Part shown: positions 1 through 10,545 of the stretch, in pieces
Layout: every line of letters starts with the position of its first letter
Position numbering within the stretch: position 1 is the stretch's first letter
Assembly: GCA_965261595.1 (NCBI GenBank)
Contig: CBDHDG010000005.1
Span: 896,001 to 960,000 of the forward strand
DNA: 64,000 nt
From: a bacterium
Lineage (GTDB): Bacteria; UBA8248; JACPRG01; G963555815
Reading direction: 5' to 3'
Notes under the pieces: generated by a model
The model's input: the letters and a program-made list of their open reading frames with translations, nothing else
What the model was told of the DNA's origin: nothing
Databases searched by the model: none
Translations under genes and position numbers: made by a program

Positions 1-542
1 TGTACGGCGGGGGCGTGATTGTGGACATCAGCGATGGCGTGGATGAATGGGACATCATCCGCCCGGATCACCTCACGAGCCGCGCGGATATCCGGCCGGA
101 CGACATCGTCATCATTCACACCGGCTGGCACGACCACTTCTTCTATGGCAATCAGCCCGACCCGGAGAAGTACCTCTTCCGGGCGCCCGGGGGCGGCATC
201 GAGCTGGCCGAATGGATTGTCGAGACGCGCCTGAAGTGGATCGGCGTTGATCTCGGATCGCCCGATCACCCGATGAACAATGCGGCGATACGACGGACGC
301 GGCCCGATTTGGTCGAGGCGTTCGAGAAAAAGGCCGGCCGGCCGGTGGATGAGGTCTTTCCGCCCGGGCGCCGGTTCTGCATGCACCGGGTTCCCTTCGC
401 CAGCAACATCACGCATGTCGAGAACGTCGGGGGAGACATCGATCAGGTCCTGGGCCGGCGGTGCGACATCGGCGTCTTTCCGTGGAAGCTCGTCGGCGGG
501 GACGGCTGTATCAGCCGGGTGGTGGCCTTTCTGGACGATTGA
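1..542 (+). CDS. Cyclase family (kynurenine formamidase-like) metal hydrolase, 5'-truncated by window edge
   Basis: DIVIIHTGW, GVDLGSPDHP, HVENVGG and DGCISRVVA motifs typical of the cyclase family. Confidence 0.85.
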   Translation, partial: YGGGVIVDISDGVDEWDIIRPDHLTSRADIRPDDIVIIHTGWHDHFFYGNQPDPEKYLFRAPGGGIELAEWIVETRLKWIGVDLGSPDHPMNNAAIRRTRPDLVEAFEKKAGRPVDEVFPPGRRFCMHRVPFASNITHVENVGGDIDQVLGRRCDIGVFPWKLVGGDGCISRVVAFLDD

Positions 543-625
543 AGCGGGATTCAGAGCCGTCTTGAGCCCCTCTCTCTTGAGACCACGCGGCGGTTGTTCA
601 CCTGAACGGTTGGGAGCGGGCGAAG

Positions 626-1957
626 ATGGAGAATCGGTCAATCCCCCCCCCTTTTTCCGCCATCGCCGACGGCGCGAACCGGCGGCGCGATGAGATCATC
701 CGGACCCGGCGGGATTTTCATCGTAACCCCGAGCGGGGCTGGATGGAGGTTCGGACCGCTTCTCTTCTGGCCACCCGGCTGGAGGCCCTGGGCTGGGACG
801 TCCGGGTCGGGGCGGACGTGATCGACCCGGCGGCCCGAATGGGGCTTCCCCCCGAGGAGGAGATGGAGGCCGCCTTCCGCCGCGCCCTCGATGGAGGGGC
901 CGAAGAGACGATGGCCGCCCGGATGAAGGGCGGCTTCACGGGCGTTGTCGGCGTTTTGGAAGGAAGGGGAGTCGGCCCCACCGTCGCCCTGCGGTTCGAC
1001 ATCGACGCCAACGCCGGCGAGGAGGCCCGGGATGAGCGGCACCGCCCGGCGCGGGAAGGGTTCGCCTCGGCCGAGCCGGGGACGATGCACAACTGCGGCC
1101 ATGACGGCCACGCCGCCATCGGCCTTGGTGTCGCCTCTCTGCTCGGGGAAATCCGCGACGCTTGGACGGGCCGGGTGAAAGTCATCTTTCAGCCGGCCGA
1201 GGAAGGCGCGCGCGGCGCTCTCGCCATGGTCGAGGCCGGGGTCCTGGACGACGCCGACTACTTCATTGTCCCCCACGTGGGGGTCCGTGTGACGCGGACG
1301 GGGAAGATCGTCTGCGGCGCCGGAGGGTTTCAGGCCACGACCAAGCTCGACGCCGTGTTCACCGGCAAGAACGCCCACGCCGGTCTCGAGCCCGAGGCGG
1401 GGAGGAACGCGCTGGCGGCGGCGGCCACCGCTTTCCTCCAGCTCCAGGCCATCTCCCGCCACAGCGGCGGGGTCACGCGGGTCAACGTGGGGGCGCTGGA
1501 AGGCGGCACGGCGCGGAACATCATCCCGGACCGGGCCGTGTTAAAGCTGGAGACGCGCGGGGAGACCTCCGACCTGGATGCCTATATGCGGGATCGCGCC
1601 CACGAGGTTCTCAAGGCCTCCGCCCTCATGCACGGCGTGGAAGTGGAAATCCTGAAGGTCGGCCGGACTATCTCGGCGCAAAGCGATCCGGAGCTGGCGG
1701 GGGTGATTTCGGAAATCGCCTCGGATCTGCCCGACTTCGATGAGGTCGTTCTCGAGGAGGATTACGGGGCGGGGGACGACGCGGCGCTCATGATGGAGCG
1801 GGTCCAGCGGCGGGGCGGGAAGTCGGCCTACCTGGTCCTCGGCACGGAGCTCCCCGGAGGCCACCACACGCCGCGCTTCGATTTCAACGAGGAGGTCCTC
1901 GTGTCCGGCGTCAAGCTCTTCGCGGCGCTGGTCTGCCGGCTGAGCGACGGCGCTTGA
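626..1957 (+). CDS. M20 amidohydrolase, p-aminobenzoyl-glutamate hydrolase subunit A-like
   Basis: [49 protein letters not shown] motifs (AbgA-like). Confidence 0.85.
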   Translation: MENRSIPPPFSAIADGANRRRDEIIRTRRDFHRNPERGWMEVRTASLLATRLEALGWDVRVGADVIDPAARMGLPPEEEMEAAFRRALDGGAEETMAARMKGGFTGVVGVLEGRGVGPTVALRFDIDANAGEEARDERHRPAREGFASAEPGTMHNCGHDGHAAIGLGVASLLGEIRDAWTGRVKVIFQPAEEGARGALAMVEAGVLDDADYFIVPHVGVRVTRTGKIVCGAGGFQATTKLDAVFTGKNAHAGLEPEAGRNALAAAATAFLQLQAISRHSGGVTRVNVGALEGGTARNIIPDRAVLKLETRGETSDLDAYMRDRAHEVLKASALMHGVEVEILKVGRTISAQSDPELAGVISEIASDLPDFDEVVLEEDYGAGDDAALMMERVQRRGGKSAYLVLGTELPGGHHTPRFDFNEEVLVSGVKLFAALVCRLSDGA

Positions 1958-1973
1958 ATTGGAGGGGGGGCCA

Positions 1974-2523
1974 ATGGTGGAAATCACTGCGGTGCGGGGA
2001 GACATCACGCGTGAGAGCGTGGACGCCATCGTCAACGCCGCGAACACGAAGCTTCTGGGCGGGGGCGGCGTGGACGGGGCCATCCACCGGGCGGCGGGGC
2101 CGGACCTGTTGGCCGAGTGCCGAACCTTGGGGGGGGGGGTCCCAACCCCTGGGGGGTTCCCAACCCTTGGAGGGCTGCCCCACGGGCGAGGCCCGGATCA
2201 CGAAGGGCTACAAGCTGGCCGCGAAGCACGTCATCCATGCGGTGGGTCCGGTCTATCGGGACGGCGGACACGGCGAGGCGGAGAAACTGCGGGGTTGCTA
2301 CGTCCACGCCATGACGCTGGCGGCGGAGAACGGCGTCCGATCCATCGCCTTTCCCTCGATCAGCACCGGGGTTTACCGGTATCCCATCGATCAGGCCGCG
2401 AAGATCGCCGTCGAGACGGTGAGGGCCTGCCTGGAGAAACCGACCTCGGTCGAGGTTGTGCGGTTCGTGTGCTTCAGCGAAGAGGACCTGGCGGTTTATC
2501 GGAGGTCCTTGGAGCCCGGTTGA
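1974..2523 (+). pseudogene. Macro-domain O-acetyl-ADP-ribose deacetylase (YmdB-like), frameshifted by a ~40 bp repeat insert at 2129-2173
   Basis: GDIT...[22 protein letters not shown] in one frame; [10 protein letters not shown]...VIHAVGP...[13 protein letters not shown] in another. Confidence 0.85.
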
Positions 2524-2528
2524 TTCCC

Positions 2529-2595
2529 GATGATCTGACATTTGGATGACCCGTCATCTGGATGACCCGTCATTGGATGACCTGTCCGGGTCATC
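2529..2595. repeat. Tandem short palindromic repeats (GGATGACCCGTCAT) between convergent genes, possible bidirectional terminator
   Basis: gatgatctgacattt / ggatgacccgtcatct / ggatgacccgtcatt / ggatgacctgtccgggtcatc. Confidence 0.55.
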
Positions 2596-3184
2596 ACACA
2601 TCAAGAAAAACCGTTTCCTCATCGCCCTGCATGTGGATATCGAATCGGTAGACAACGCCGCCCGGCGTCTCCTCGCGCTCCGCGATGAGCGTACCGCGGC
2701 GATCTTCGGGAACGGTTTGAAGAACCGGATCCTTCCCGTTCGCCTCGGCCTCGTCTGAAAAGTAGATGCGGGTGAACGTATGCACAAGCATCCCCCGCAT
2801 CAACACGATGACGTTGACGTGCGGGGCCTGGTCGCCATCAACGGGTCCGGGTTTTATGGTGTCAAAGAAATATCGGTTCTCCGGGTCGGTTCCGGTGCCC
2901 ATGCGGCCAAAGCCGTGAATGTCCGCGCCGGAACCGCGGGGGTCGTCCGGATGGGCGTATCGGCCTTGGGAATCCGCTTGCCAAATCTCGATGATGGCGT
3001 CCGGAATCGGATTGCCTTCCCCGTCGAAAACCCGGCCCTCTATACGGATGTGTTCGCCGTCGGTGGTTGGTTCCACCAACGTGGATTGGACCGTGTTCTG
3101 AAAAGGGTAGCCGTACTGTTCGGGCGTCAGGCCGTACGCAAAAAAGGGTCCGACCGTTTGCGACGGCGTTTGCTTGAGGCTCAT
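2594..3184 (-). CDS. pcaG: Protocatechuate 3,4-dioxygenase alpha subunit
   Basis: QTPSQTVGPFF, EIWQADSQGRY, QAPHVNV..RGML, YRFDIHMQG.ETVFLDV. Confidence 0.95.
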   Translation of the reverse strand: MSLKQTPSQTVGPFFAYGLTPEQYGYPFQNTVQSTLVEPTTDGEHIRIEGRVFDGEGNPIPDAIIEIWQADSQGRYAHPDDPRGSGADIHGFGRMGTGTDPENRYFFDTIKPGPVDGDQAPHVNVIVLMRGMLVHTFTRIYFSDEAEANGKDPVLQTVPEDRRGTLIAEREETPGGVVYRFDIHMQGDEETVFLDV

Positions 3185-3187
3185 GGG

Positions 3188-3883
3188 TCAGCTCTCCATT
3201 GGCGTGGCGTTTCGTCCCCGGAGGATGAAATCGAACTCGTAGCCGAGGGCGAACTCCGGCTCGGTGATGTCGATTGAGAATTTACAGACGAGCCGTTCGC
3301 GGGCTTCTTTGGGCGCGCTCTGAACCATCGGGTCGATGTCAATCAGCGGGTCCCCGGGGAAGTACATTTGCGTCACGAGCCTTGTCACGAACGCGCGGCC
3401 GAAGAGCGAAAAGTGGATGTGATTCGGCCGCCAGGCGTTGTGATGGTTCCGCCAGGGATAGGCGCCCGGCTTGATCGAATAAAACTTGTAGCGGCCTTCG
3501 CTGTCCGTCGCGCAGCGCCCCGCCCCCAAAAAGTTGGGATCCAGAGGGGCGGGGTGTTGATCGACCCCGTGGATGTATCGGCCCGCCGCGTTCGCCTGCC
3601 ATATCTCGATCAGCGTGTCCGGAACCGGTCTGCCGTCCTCATCCAGGACCCGGCCGGTCACGATGATCCGCTCGCCCATCGGCTCGCCGTTTTTCACGGC
3701 GTTTTTGGTTAGATCGTTGTCGAGCGGACCGACGGAATCATGGCCGTACACCGGGCCTGTGAGCTCCGACAGGGTGTGTTGGGTGGGAATCAACGGTTTC
3801 TTGGGTCCGCGCAGGGCATTGGACTGATAGTCGGGATAAAGAAGAGGCGGGTGGCTGTCCCAATCCATCGGTTTGTATTTCAT
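3188..3883 (-). CDS. pcaH: Protocatechuate 3,4-dioxygenase beta subunit
   Basis: LSELTGPVY, EIWQANAAGRY, PGAYPWRNHHNAWRPNHIHFS (Fe ligands), TQMYFPGDP. Confidence 0.97.
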   Translation of the reverse strand: MKYKPMDWDSHPPLLYPDYQSNALRGPKKPLIPTQHTLSELTGPVYGHDSVGPLDNDLTKNAVKNGEPMGERIIVTGRVLDEDGRPVPDTLIEIWQANAAGRYIHGVDQHPAPLDPNFLGAGRCATDSEGRYKFYSIKPGAYPWRNHHNAWRPNHIHFSLFGRAFVTRLVTQMYFPGDPLIDIDPMVQSAPKEARERLVCKFSIDITEPEFALGYEFDFILRGRNATPMES

Positions 3884-4135
3884 CGCTTTCGGTCCTCCTG
3901 GGAAATCATCCGTGGGTAGGGGCTTTCGGCGGTGGTGAACGATTCAGGCGTCCTTGGAGCGGCCGAATCCATCGGGATCTGAAAGGGCATCGCGCTCGCG
4001 TCCCCGGCGTCGGATTGGGTCGGGATCGGGCAGGCCGGCATTCTAACATATCGCGGATTTCCCGCATGTATTGGGAAGTCGGCATACGGGCGACGCGCAA
4101 GCACCCTCTCTGTCCCCCGCGATCAGACGCGGGGG

Positions 4136-4864
4136 CTACAACGTCCGGAAGCGCCGGTCCATCGCGCGCTTCCATTTGGTCCCGTGCCGGTCGTCGAACA
4201 GGATGTCTTCGTCCCCCGGCGCCGTGAACCAGTCGCCCCGCCGCATCTCGGCATCGAGCTGGCCGGGGCCCCAACCGGCATAGCCGGCGGCGAACAGGGT
4301 CCGGCGCGGGCCTTGGCAGAGGGCGATGGCCCGCAGGGCCACGGGGTTCGAGGTGACGGCGATGTCCGCGTTCACCGGGACGGCGCTCGGGAGCTTCTTC
4401 TCGGTCGAGTGCACCAGGAATCCGCGCTCCGGCTGAACCGGCCCCCCGTAATGGACGGCAATCTCGCCCGCCGTCTTGGGGGCGTCGAGGCCGAGGCGCT
4501 TGAGGAGGTCGGCCAGTTTCACCCTGCCGAGGACGCGGTTGACCACCAGGCCGAAAGCGCCCGCGTCATCGTGCCGGATGACCAGGATGACGGTTCGATG
4601 GAAGTTCGGGTCCCGCAGGCCCGGTGAAGCGACGAGGAGATTTCCCGGCCGCAATCGGGTCGGCGTCCCCCGAGGGCTCGCCGGACCGGGCAAGACCCTC
4701 GCTTCAAGCGGCATCCCCGTTAGAAAGAGAGCGGCCGCAAGGGCGACGGCCGTTCGGATGAGGGATCCGGGGCCGACGGTTTCGCGCTCCCGGCGCCCGT
4801 ATTTCGAATGAGGCGCGGATCGCCGGACGACGAACCGATCCATGGGGTGTTTGGCGCGCTTCAC
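4136..4864 (-). CDS. YqgE/AlgH family protein (start uncertain)
   Basis: LLVASP.LRDPNF..TVILV, YGGPV, GYAGWGPGQL..E. Confidence 0.88.
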   Translation of the reverse strand: MKRAKHPMDRFVVRRSAPHSKYGRRERETVGPGSLIRTAVALAAALFLTGMPLEARVLPGPASPRGTPTRLRPGNLLVASPGLRDPNFHRTVILVIRHDDAGAFGLVVNRVLGRVKLADLLKRLGLDAPKTAGEIAVHYGGPVQPERGFLVHSTEKKLPSAVPVNADIAVTSNPVALRAIALCQGPRRTLFAAGYAGWGPGQLDAEMRRGDWFTAPGDEDILFDDRHGTKWKRAMDRRFRTL

Positions 4865-4935
4865 CCTGATTTCTCCCGCCCGGTGGAGCCCCGGAGTGGA
4901 CCGGGGTCATCGAAACGTCTTCTCCATCCCGATGC

Positions 4936-6231
4936 TCACGTCTTCGGCAGGTGGTTGCTGACCTCGATCGCGGCGGCGCAGTACATCTTGGCCGCGTCCA
5001 TGAGGTCCGAGATTTTCTGGACCTCGCCGGTGCCGGGCTTGAGATTGGGGTCGTCCGGCGCGGGTCCGCACTTGATGGACGGAATCCCCATCTCCACCAG
5101 AATGGTGAGATCGGCGTACGTGCTGGTGAGCTGGGACTGGATGGGCTTGACGGGTTTTCCGCGGGCGGCCTCCTGGGCCTCGCGCATGATATCGACCAGC
5201 ACGTCCGCGTTCTTCGACTCGTAGCCGTGAACCGAGAGGTACAGCTCGGCATCGGCCTCGACGCCGCTTTCTGAGATGACGGCTTCCACCTCGCGCAGGA
5301 CATCGATGGGCCGGAGGCCCGGCGGCGTGAAGGCTTCAAGGTACATCGTGCACACGGCGGGCGAGAAATTGGGCTTGAAGGGCGCCCCGCCCTGAATGGC
5401 GCCGATGTTGACCTTGGGAACGACTGTCCCGTACTTGAACTTGTATTCGTGCTCTTTCTGGTACCGGCGCGCCCAGGCCTCTATGGGGGCGATCAGGTTG
5501 CCCATCTTGACGACGGCGTTTGTGCTCTGGGTCAGGTCTTCGGGATGTTCGACGAAGGGCGCGTACATTGGCTCGCCCGTGCACATGACTTTGACGAACG
5601 TGGCCCCCGCCTGCGTCGTCGTGATCCCGAAGCGGGAGGGTTCGGCGACGATGGCGTAATCGGCCACAACGCCGTGGGTCAGCATGTAGCGCATCCCGAT
5701 CCCCTTGCCGCGGTGGGCGCCCCCCTGGTACTGGTCCACGGGGGCGCGGCCGATCTCGCTGCACACCCCCGTCAGGAGGATATCCCCCGCCAGCTTCACC
5801 CCGGCCTTTTTGAGGGCGTGGGCCGCGATGAGGACGGAGGCGAAGGGGCCTTTGTCGTTGAAGATGCCGCTTCCGAAGATGAGGCCGCCCTTGCGCCGGG
5901 CTTCGGATTTCCACTCGGGGCGGAGCGGGCCGGCGAACATGGCGTCCGTCGGATCGCCCGACAGGGCCGTGTCCAGGTGGCAGTTGAACATGAGGATGGG
6001 CCCGTCGCCGGATCCCTTGAGCCGGCCGACTACGTTGCCCCGGCCGGGCTCCACCTCCTGGTAAAAGGCGGGGATGTTCCGCTCGTTGAGCCAGTCGACG
6101 CAGAGCCGGGCGACTTCCTCTTCCTTACCCGTCGGGCTGTGCGAGTCGACCAGAGCCATCGCCAGGGCGACCAGCTCTTTTTCGTTCACCTTCGACCAGA
6201 CTTTTTCGAGTGTCTTCCTGTTGGTTTTCAT
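4936..6231 (-). CDS. M20/M25/M40 metallopeptidase (ArgE/DapE-like)
   Basis: SPTGKE, LMFNCHLDT, G.GIFNDKG, AIVAEPS. Confidence 0.85.
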   Translation of the reverse strand: MKTNRKTLEKVWSKVNEKELVALAMALVDSHSPTGKEEEVARLCVDWLNERNIPAFYQEVEPGRGNVVGRLKGSGDGPILMFNCHLDTALSGDPTDAMFAGPLRPEWKSEARRKGGLIFGSGIFNDKGPFASVLIAAHALKKAGVKLAGDILLTGVCSEIGRAPVDQYQGGAHRGKGIGMRYMLTHGVVADYAIVAEPSRFGITTTQAGATFVKVMCTGEPMYAPFVEHPEDLTQSTNAVVKMGNLIAPIEAWARRYQKEHEYKFKYGTVVPKVNIGAIQGGAPFKPNFSPAVCTMYLEAFTPPGLRPIDVLREVEAVISESGVEADAELYLSVHGYESKNADVLVDIMREAQEAARGKPVKPIQSQLTSTYADLTILVEMGIPSIKCGPAPDDPNLKPGTGEVQKISDLMDAAKMYCAAAIEVSNHLPKT

Positions 6232-6377
6232 CGAGTCTCCCGGAAAGGTGATGAGCGATTCATGGGTGAGATGAGCTCGCGAAACACGGGGGCGGCTATT
6301 CCCATTCGCGAGAAGCCGCTTGGGGTCTTATTCCCGTTGGACGCCGTTTGGAAGTCGATTTACGCTTCGACCCCCAT

Positions 6378-6458
6378 TAAAATATAGAATTAATACGTAT
6401 TAATACAAATAGTTACAATATATTTATTAATGTAAATTATCTTTATTTGATTTTTGGT
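6378..6458. promoter_or_regulatory. Very AT-rich intergenic tract with perfect 16-bp palindrome ATTAATACGTATTAAT (6389-6404)
   Basis: Seen directly; lies upstream of the M20 gene at 6231. Confidence 0.5.
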
Positions 6459-7247
6459 TTATCCCTCTTCGATGATCGCGACGGCCCGGACCCACCCGCC
6501 GCTGCCCTTCTCGATCCGGACGGGGAAGACCGCCACTTTGAACCCGAAGGGTTTGGGAATCCGATCCAGGTTGGCGAGCTTCTCCAGGTGGCAGTATTCC
6601 TTCTCCTGGCCGACCAGATGGGCGGGCCAATACGCCGCCGTGTTCCCGGCCTTGAGGTCTTTGATCATCTCGACGTTGGGCCGGTCGTAGCTCCAGGCGT
6701 CGATGCCCGTGATTTTGACTCCCCGATCAACGAGCCACAGCGTGCTCTCGCGCCCCATGCCCGGCTGGCGGAGGAGAAAGTCCGGCTGCTCGAAGTAACG
6801 GGTGGCGTCCGTCCGGATGAGAACGATGTCGAAGGGCTTGATCCGGTAGCCGATCTTCTCAACGGCCGCTTCCATATCTTCCGCGGTGATGAGCTCACTC
6901 GGCTTCTTGTGGGTCATGTCCAGGACGACGCCGTCGGAAAAGCACCATTCCAGGGGGATTTCATCGATGGTCTTCGACGGTTGACCGGCGACGGTCGGGC
7001 CGAAGTGCCAGGGGGCGTCCAGGTGGGTGCCGGAGTGGGAGTTCAGCGTCAGCTCGTCCGAGGCGGCCGCCATTCCGCCCGGCAGCCGGTCCGGGTCGAT
7101 GTCGTACATCTTGGCCACCCGGCGGGCGCCTTCCCGGTGGGCCCAGGAAAAGACGCGCGCCGCGTCGCGGTCCATCGAGAAGTTGTTGAGCGGCACGCTC
7201 AGGTCGATGCACCGGATTCCAGGTGGTCCCGTTTCCGAGGCGGTCAC
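6459..7247 (-). CDS. Cyclase family protein
   Basis: HSGTHLDAPWHF, GIDAWSYD, HLEKLANL, WVRAVA. Confidence 0.92.
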   Translation of the reverse strand: MTASETGPPGIRCIDLSVPLNNFSMDRDAARVFSWAHREGARRVAKMYDIDPDRLPGGMAAASDELTLNSHSGTHLDAPWHFGPTVAGQPSKTIDEIPLEWCFSDGVVLDMTHKKPSELITAEDMEAAVEKIGYRIKPFDIVLIRTDATRYFEQPDFLLRQPGMGRESTLWLVDRGVKITGIDAWSYDRPNVEMIKDLKAGNTAAYWPAHLVGQEKEYCHLEKLANLDRIPKPFGFKVAVFPVRIEKGSGGWVRAVAIIEEG

Positions 7248-7531
7248 GGTGATCCCTCCGATTTCTTCCCCGTTTTCTTCAAAGATTCCGCAGGGTGTGC
7301 CGGAATTGGATTGGAAACGCCCAATTTTCGTCTATTTCCCCCCAAGAGCGCAACCCGCAAAAGGACTCAATGATCCCCGGTTTTGGCACTTGAAGAAACG
7401 AAGCCTTGAAGGATCAGTGTTGATTCCGCCCGCGCGGGAATGACAAGCGGGGCGGGCCGCGCGGGGACGGCCGGATTTTGGATTGGGCGGTAGAATAGGA
7501 ACACCCGGCCGCATCGTCCGGCTGGACGACC

Positions 7532-8419
7532 TCAAAGCCCCAGGACGGCCGCCGGATTGTCCACCATCATGATTCGCAATTCCTCCCGCGTCACGCCTTT
7601 CTCATAGAAACATTGAGCCAGGATGCCGAGGCAATCCGGGGGCGGGGGGTTGTGGCGCGGACCGGTGTCGGAAATCATGACGAAGCGCCGGGTGCCGATC
7701 TCCGCTATCGCGCGGCGCATCAATTCCAAAGACTGCCCCTCCCACGCCCAGAAAGGCGAAATGTTCCCGTATTCCAATTCAGCCAGCGCGCCCAGGGAGG
7801 TCAGCGTCTTGACCTGGTCAATGGACATCCGCGGGATCTTGTAAAAAGGGTGCTGGATGATGACGGAGGGAACGCCCCGTTCGAGCGCGGCGCGCACGAG
7901 CAGGTCAGAGTCCGCCGCGTTCAGGTGGCCGGTCGCGAGGGCGGCGCTTCCCTCATGGGCCAGGATGTCCAGAATGTCCTGACAGTCCCGCGTGAGCCGG
8001 CCTTCCTGAACGGCGAATACGGGTTCAACGTTCCGCGCCCCGCTTTGTTGGGTGTCGTAGCCGCCGGTGGCGCCGAAGACCGCGGCGTGCCCGTCGGCGT
8101 CGACCGTGGGCATCCAGACGGTTTTGGCGCCGAGACGGACGGCCGTTTCGACGGCCGCGGGGTTGACGCCGCCGGCGTGGCGGTTGAGGACAATGCCGCC
8201 GAAAACGTCGATATCCTCAAAGGGCTGTCCCGCGTCGTAGGCCCGGCCCACCGTGGATTCGAAATGGCACTTGAGCACCACGGCCCGCATCCCGCGCTCA
8301 CGGGCCCGCCGGATCAGTCCCCGGTCGTCCAGCAAGCGGGGAAACAGGTCCGGGTAGGGATGACAGTGCAGATCGATCGCGCCTTCGAGCGTGATGAGGT
8401 CCGGGATCATCTGTTTCAC
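7532..8419 (-). CDS. Amidohydrolase-like TIM-barrel metalloprotein (DUF6282-type)
   Basis: GAIDLHCHPYPD, VLKCH, GGVNPAAV, VWMPT, LATGHL, ISDTG. Confidence 0.75.
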   Translation of the reverse strand: MKQMIPDLITLEGAIDLHCHPYPDLFPRLLDDRGLIRRARERGMRAVVLKCHFESTVGRAYDAGQPFEDIDVFGGIVLNRHAGGVNPAAVETAVRLGAKTVWMPTVDADGHAAVFGATGGYDTQQSGARNVEPVFAVQEGRLTRDCQDILDILAHEGSAALATGHLNAADSDLLVRAALERGVPSVIIQHPFYKIPRMSIDQVKTLTSLGALAELEYGNISPFWAWEGQSLELMRRAIAEIGTRRFVMISDTGPRHNPPPPDCLGILAQCFYEKGVTREELRIMMVDNPAAVLGL

Positions 8420-8551
8420 GTTGATGCTCCCCGCCTGGGAGGCTCATCGCCTTTGAGTGGAGTTGTCGTAGCACAAAATGGAGCTTGACTCCAATTCGAC
8501 CTGATCTGATAATTCAAGACCTGACCCCTTGCCTTTACTGACCCCTTGCCT

Positions 8552-8640
8552 TTATGTAGAGTTCCATCTTCTTCTGTAGGAAAGTCGCTGTTGTTGTCTG
8601 TGACGAAAATAACGTCTTCCCCATGTCTATGAACTGTATT
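8552..8640 (-). pseudogene. Internal fragment of a PIN-domain protein (DUF4935-like)
   Basis: EDVIFVTDNNSDF...GTLH resembles the PIN C-terminal acidic motif; AT-rich like the N-terminal piece at 11764-12045. Confidence 0.55.
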
Positions 8641-8976
8641 AAGTTGAGATGACACGACCGCGAGGTCGATGTCCGACTCCTCTCCGAATGGTCGGTACCG
8701 CTGCTTCCGGACGATGCTGAACCCGAGCTTCGCCGAACCGACCATTAGGACCTCATTCGGATGTAGGGCAAACTCGGTCGCAACCCGAGCACGCAGCAGG
8801 TGATAGCGGTCATCATCGAGTAGAAAGCTGGGTCCGGTCGTAATGTGTCGTTGTACGAGCGGACCAATCTCCAACTCGAGAAGATCGGATCGGAACTTGG
8901 AGATTCGCTGCTGGCCATTCTCAGCGAGCAGATTGGGAAGGTTGTCCGTGGCGGCCTGGAAATCCGTCTCAGTCAT
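8641..8976 (-). pseudogene. N-terminal part of a Pol-beta-superfamily nucleotidyltransferase, fused in frame to the PIN fragment
   Basis: LMVGSAKLGFS...RPFGEESDIDLAVVS (hGS...DxD); composition changes at ~8640. Confidence 0.65.
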
Positions 8977-9088
8977 TGAACACGTTGATGGTCAGTGGGC
9001 TCCGGAACCACCCAAACAGGATCTTGTTGCATGGATCATCTCGAAGAATGTCTTATCATTGGTCTTTTCAACGATTCGAGTAGTCTAA

Positions 9089-10503
9089 CCGGAATTTCCC
9101 ATATCAAATCCGGACAGGCCTGTACCGACCCCTCGTTGCTGTTTAAGTCAATTAGACCTCTCTCTCCCGGACCTGTCAATCCCATTTCAGGTGCCTGAAA
9201 CCCTAATCGGAGCGTTATCCACCATTGAAAATCATGCCACCCCTCCGGGTAGGCGAGCCTTCCCAGCAGGTCATCTGGAAGGGACAGAACATTCACCATT
9301 TTGTCCTCGGGTGGACTGCGCTGAGAGCGGTTAGACAGGTACGGGCCGTAATCGGTTGATTCGGTCCAGGATGATGGCGAACTCTTCCCTGGACACCGCT
9401 ACTTCGGCCAATTGAAAGATGATCTACCGGGCGTGCCGCACAATCCTCCCGCCCATTTTGATGAGCTTGACCTGGAGGCTTCGGAGCGACCAGTGCTTGA
9501 GCCCCCTGGGCAAGGCTAGCCTGCGCAGGAAATTGCCCAGGTTGTACGCCAGGACGAAGAGAAGGAGCCGCACCTGGTTGCACACGAACCGGTGACAGGA
9601 AAGGCGTGTCCAGTTCAGGGCGTACTTGCCTTCCTTGATCCATTGCTCGGCTGTGCCTCGCTGGTTGTAGAAGTGCACGACCCCCTCGGGTCGAGCCGTC
9701 AGGTTCGTGACAATGAATCCGACGCGAGGGAAGAGTTCGCCTGAGTGCCATTCCACCTTCGCCACGACCCGCCGGGAACGGTCCCAGCTTCCAGCCTGAT
9801 ACCGGAAGTCGTAATAGAAGATGATGGGTCTCTTGGGCGGGCGACCGACCGGGCGGGTGAGGAGGAAGTCGATCTCTCGCTGCACCACGTCGTTGGCGGG
9901 AAGGCGGATGGCGTAAAGGAAGCTGTGCGCTTCCAGGCACTCATAGACCTCCGGGCGCGCAAAGGCGGCATCGGCTCGGAAGTAACGGCGAACACCCGCC
10001 CGCTCATACCGGGCCGCGATGGGCGAAAGCAACTCGCGCCAGCCATCGGCGCTGTGCACGTTGCCGGGGCGCAACATCGCCCCTTCGCAGTCCCCGAACT
10101 GGTTAAAGCAAAAAAGAGGGTGATAACAGGTGCAACGAAAGTGGCCGTTGTAGGCCGTACCTTCCTGCTCCCCATGGACGGGGCTTTCCGAGCTGTCCAT
10201 GTCCAGGATGATTCGCTGATGGGGTGAGTGTGCCATGGCCCGGTCCACCCACTCCCGGTTCAGCTCGCTCCGGCCCCTTGAGATTCTCCTCCCTGGTGAG
10301 AACCTCGGTCTCGAACCGGCTCAGGGTGTTGGCGCCCGCCGCCTGCTTCTCAAGCGCTCGGCGGCCGACCACGGCTTGCATCGCGGGGTCCTGGGCCAAC
10401 CGCTCGGCATCGTTGGTGTCTTCATACCCTGCCAAGCGGCTATAGACCGACTGGCGCAATAGCGGCGCCAACTCATGCTGGATGTTCCGGCCATGACGGA
10501 TCT
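9089..10503 (-). mobile_element. IS1380-family element remnant: 5' part lost, frameshift ~10272, premature TAG 9424-9426
   Basis: RQSVYSRLAGYEDTND, LDMDSSESPVHGEQEG.AYNGHF, FYNQRGTAEQWIKEGK; native C-terminus continues to TAA at 9331; end CCGGAATTTCCCATAT at 9089. Confidence 0.9.
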
Positions 10504-10545
10504 TGGACTTACCCCGGTTTCGTGGAGAGTTAAGCACTTGGGTTT

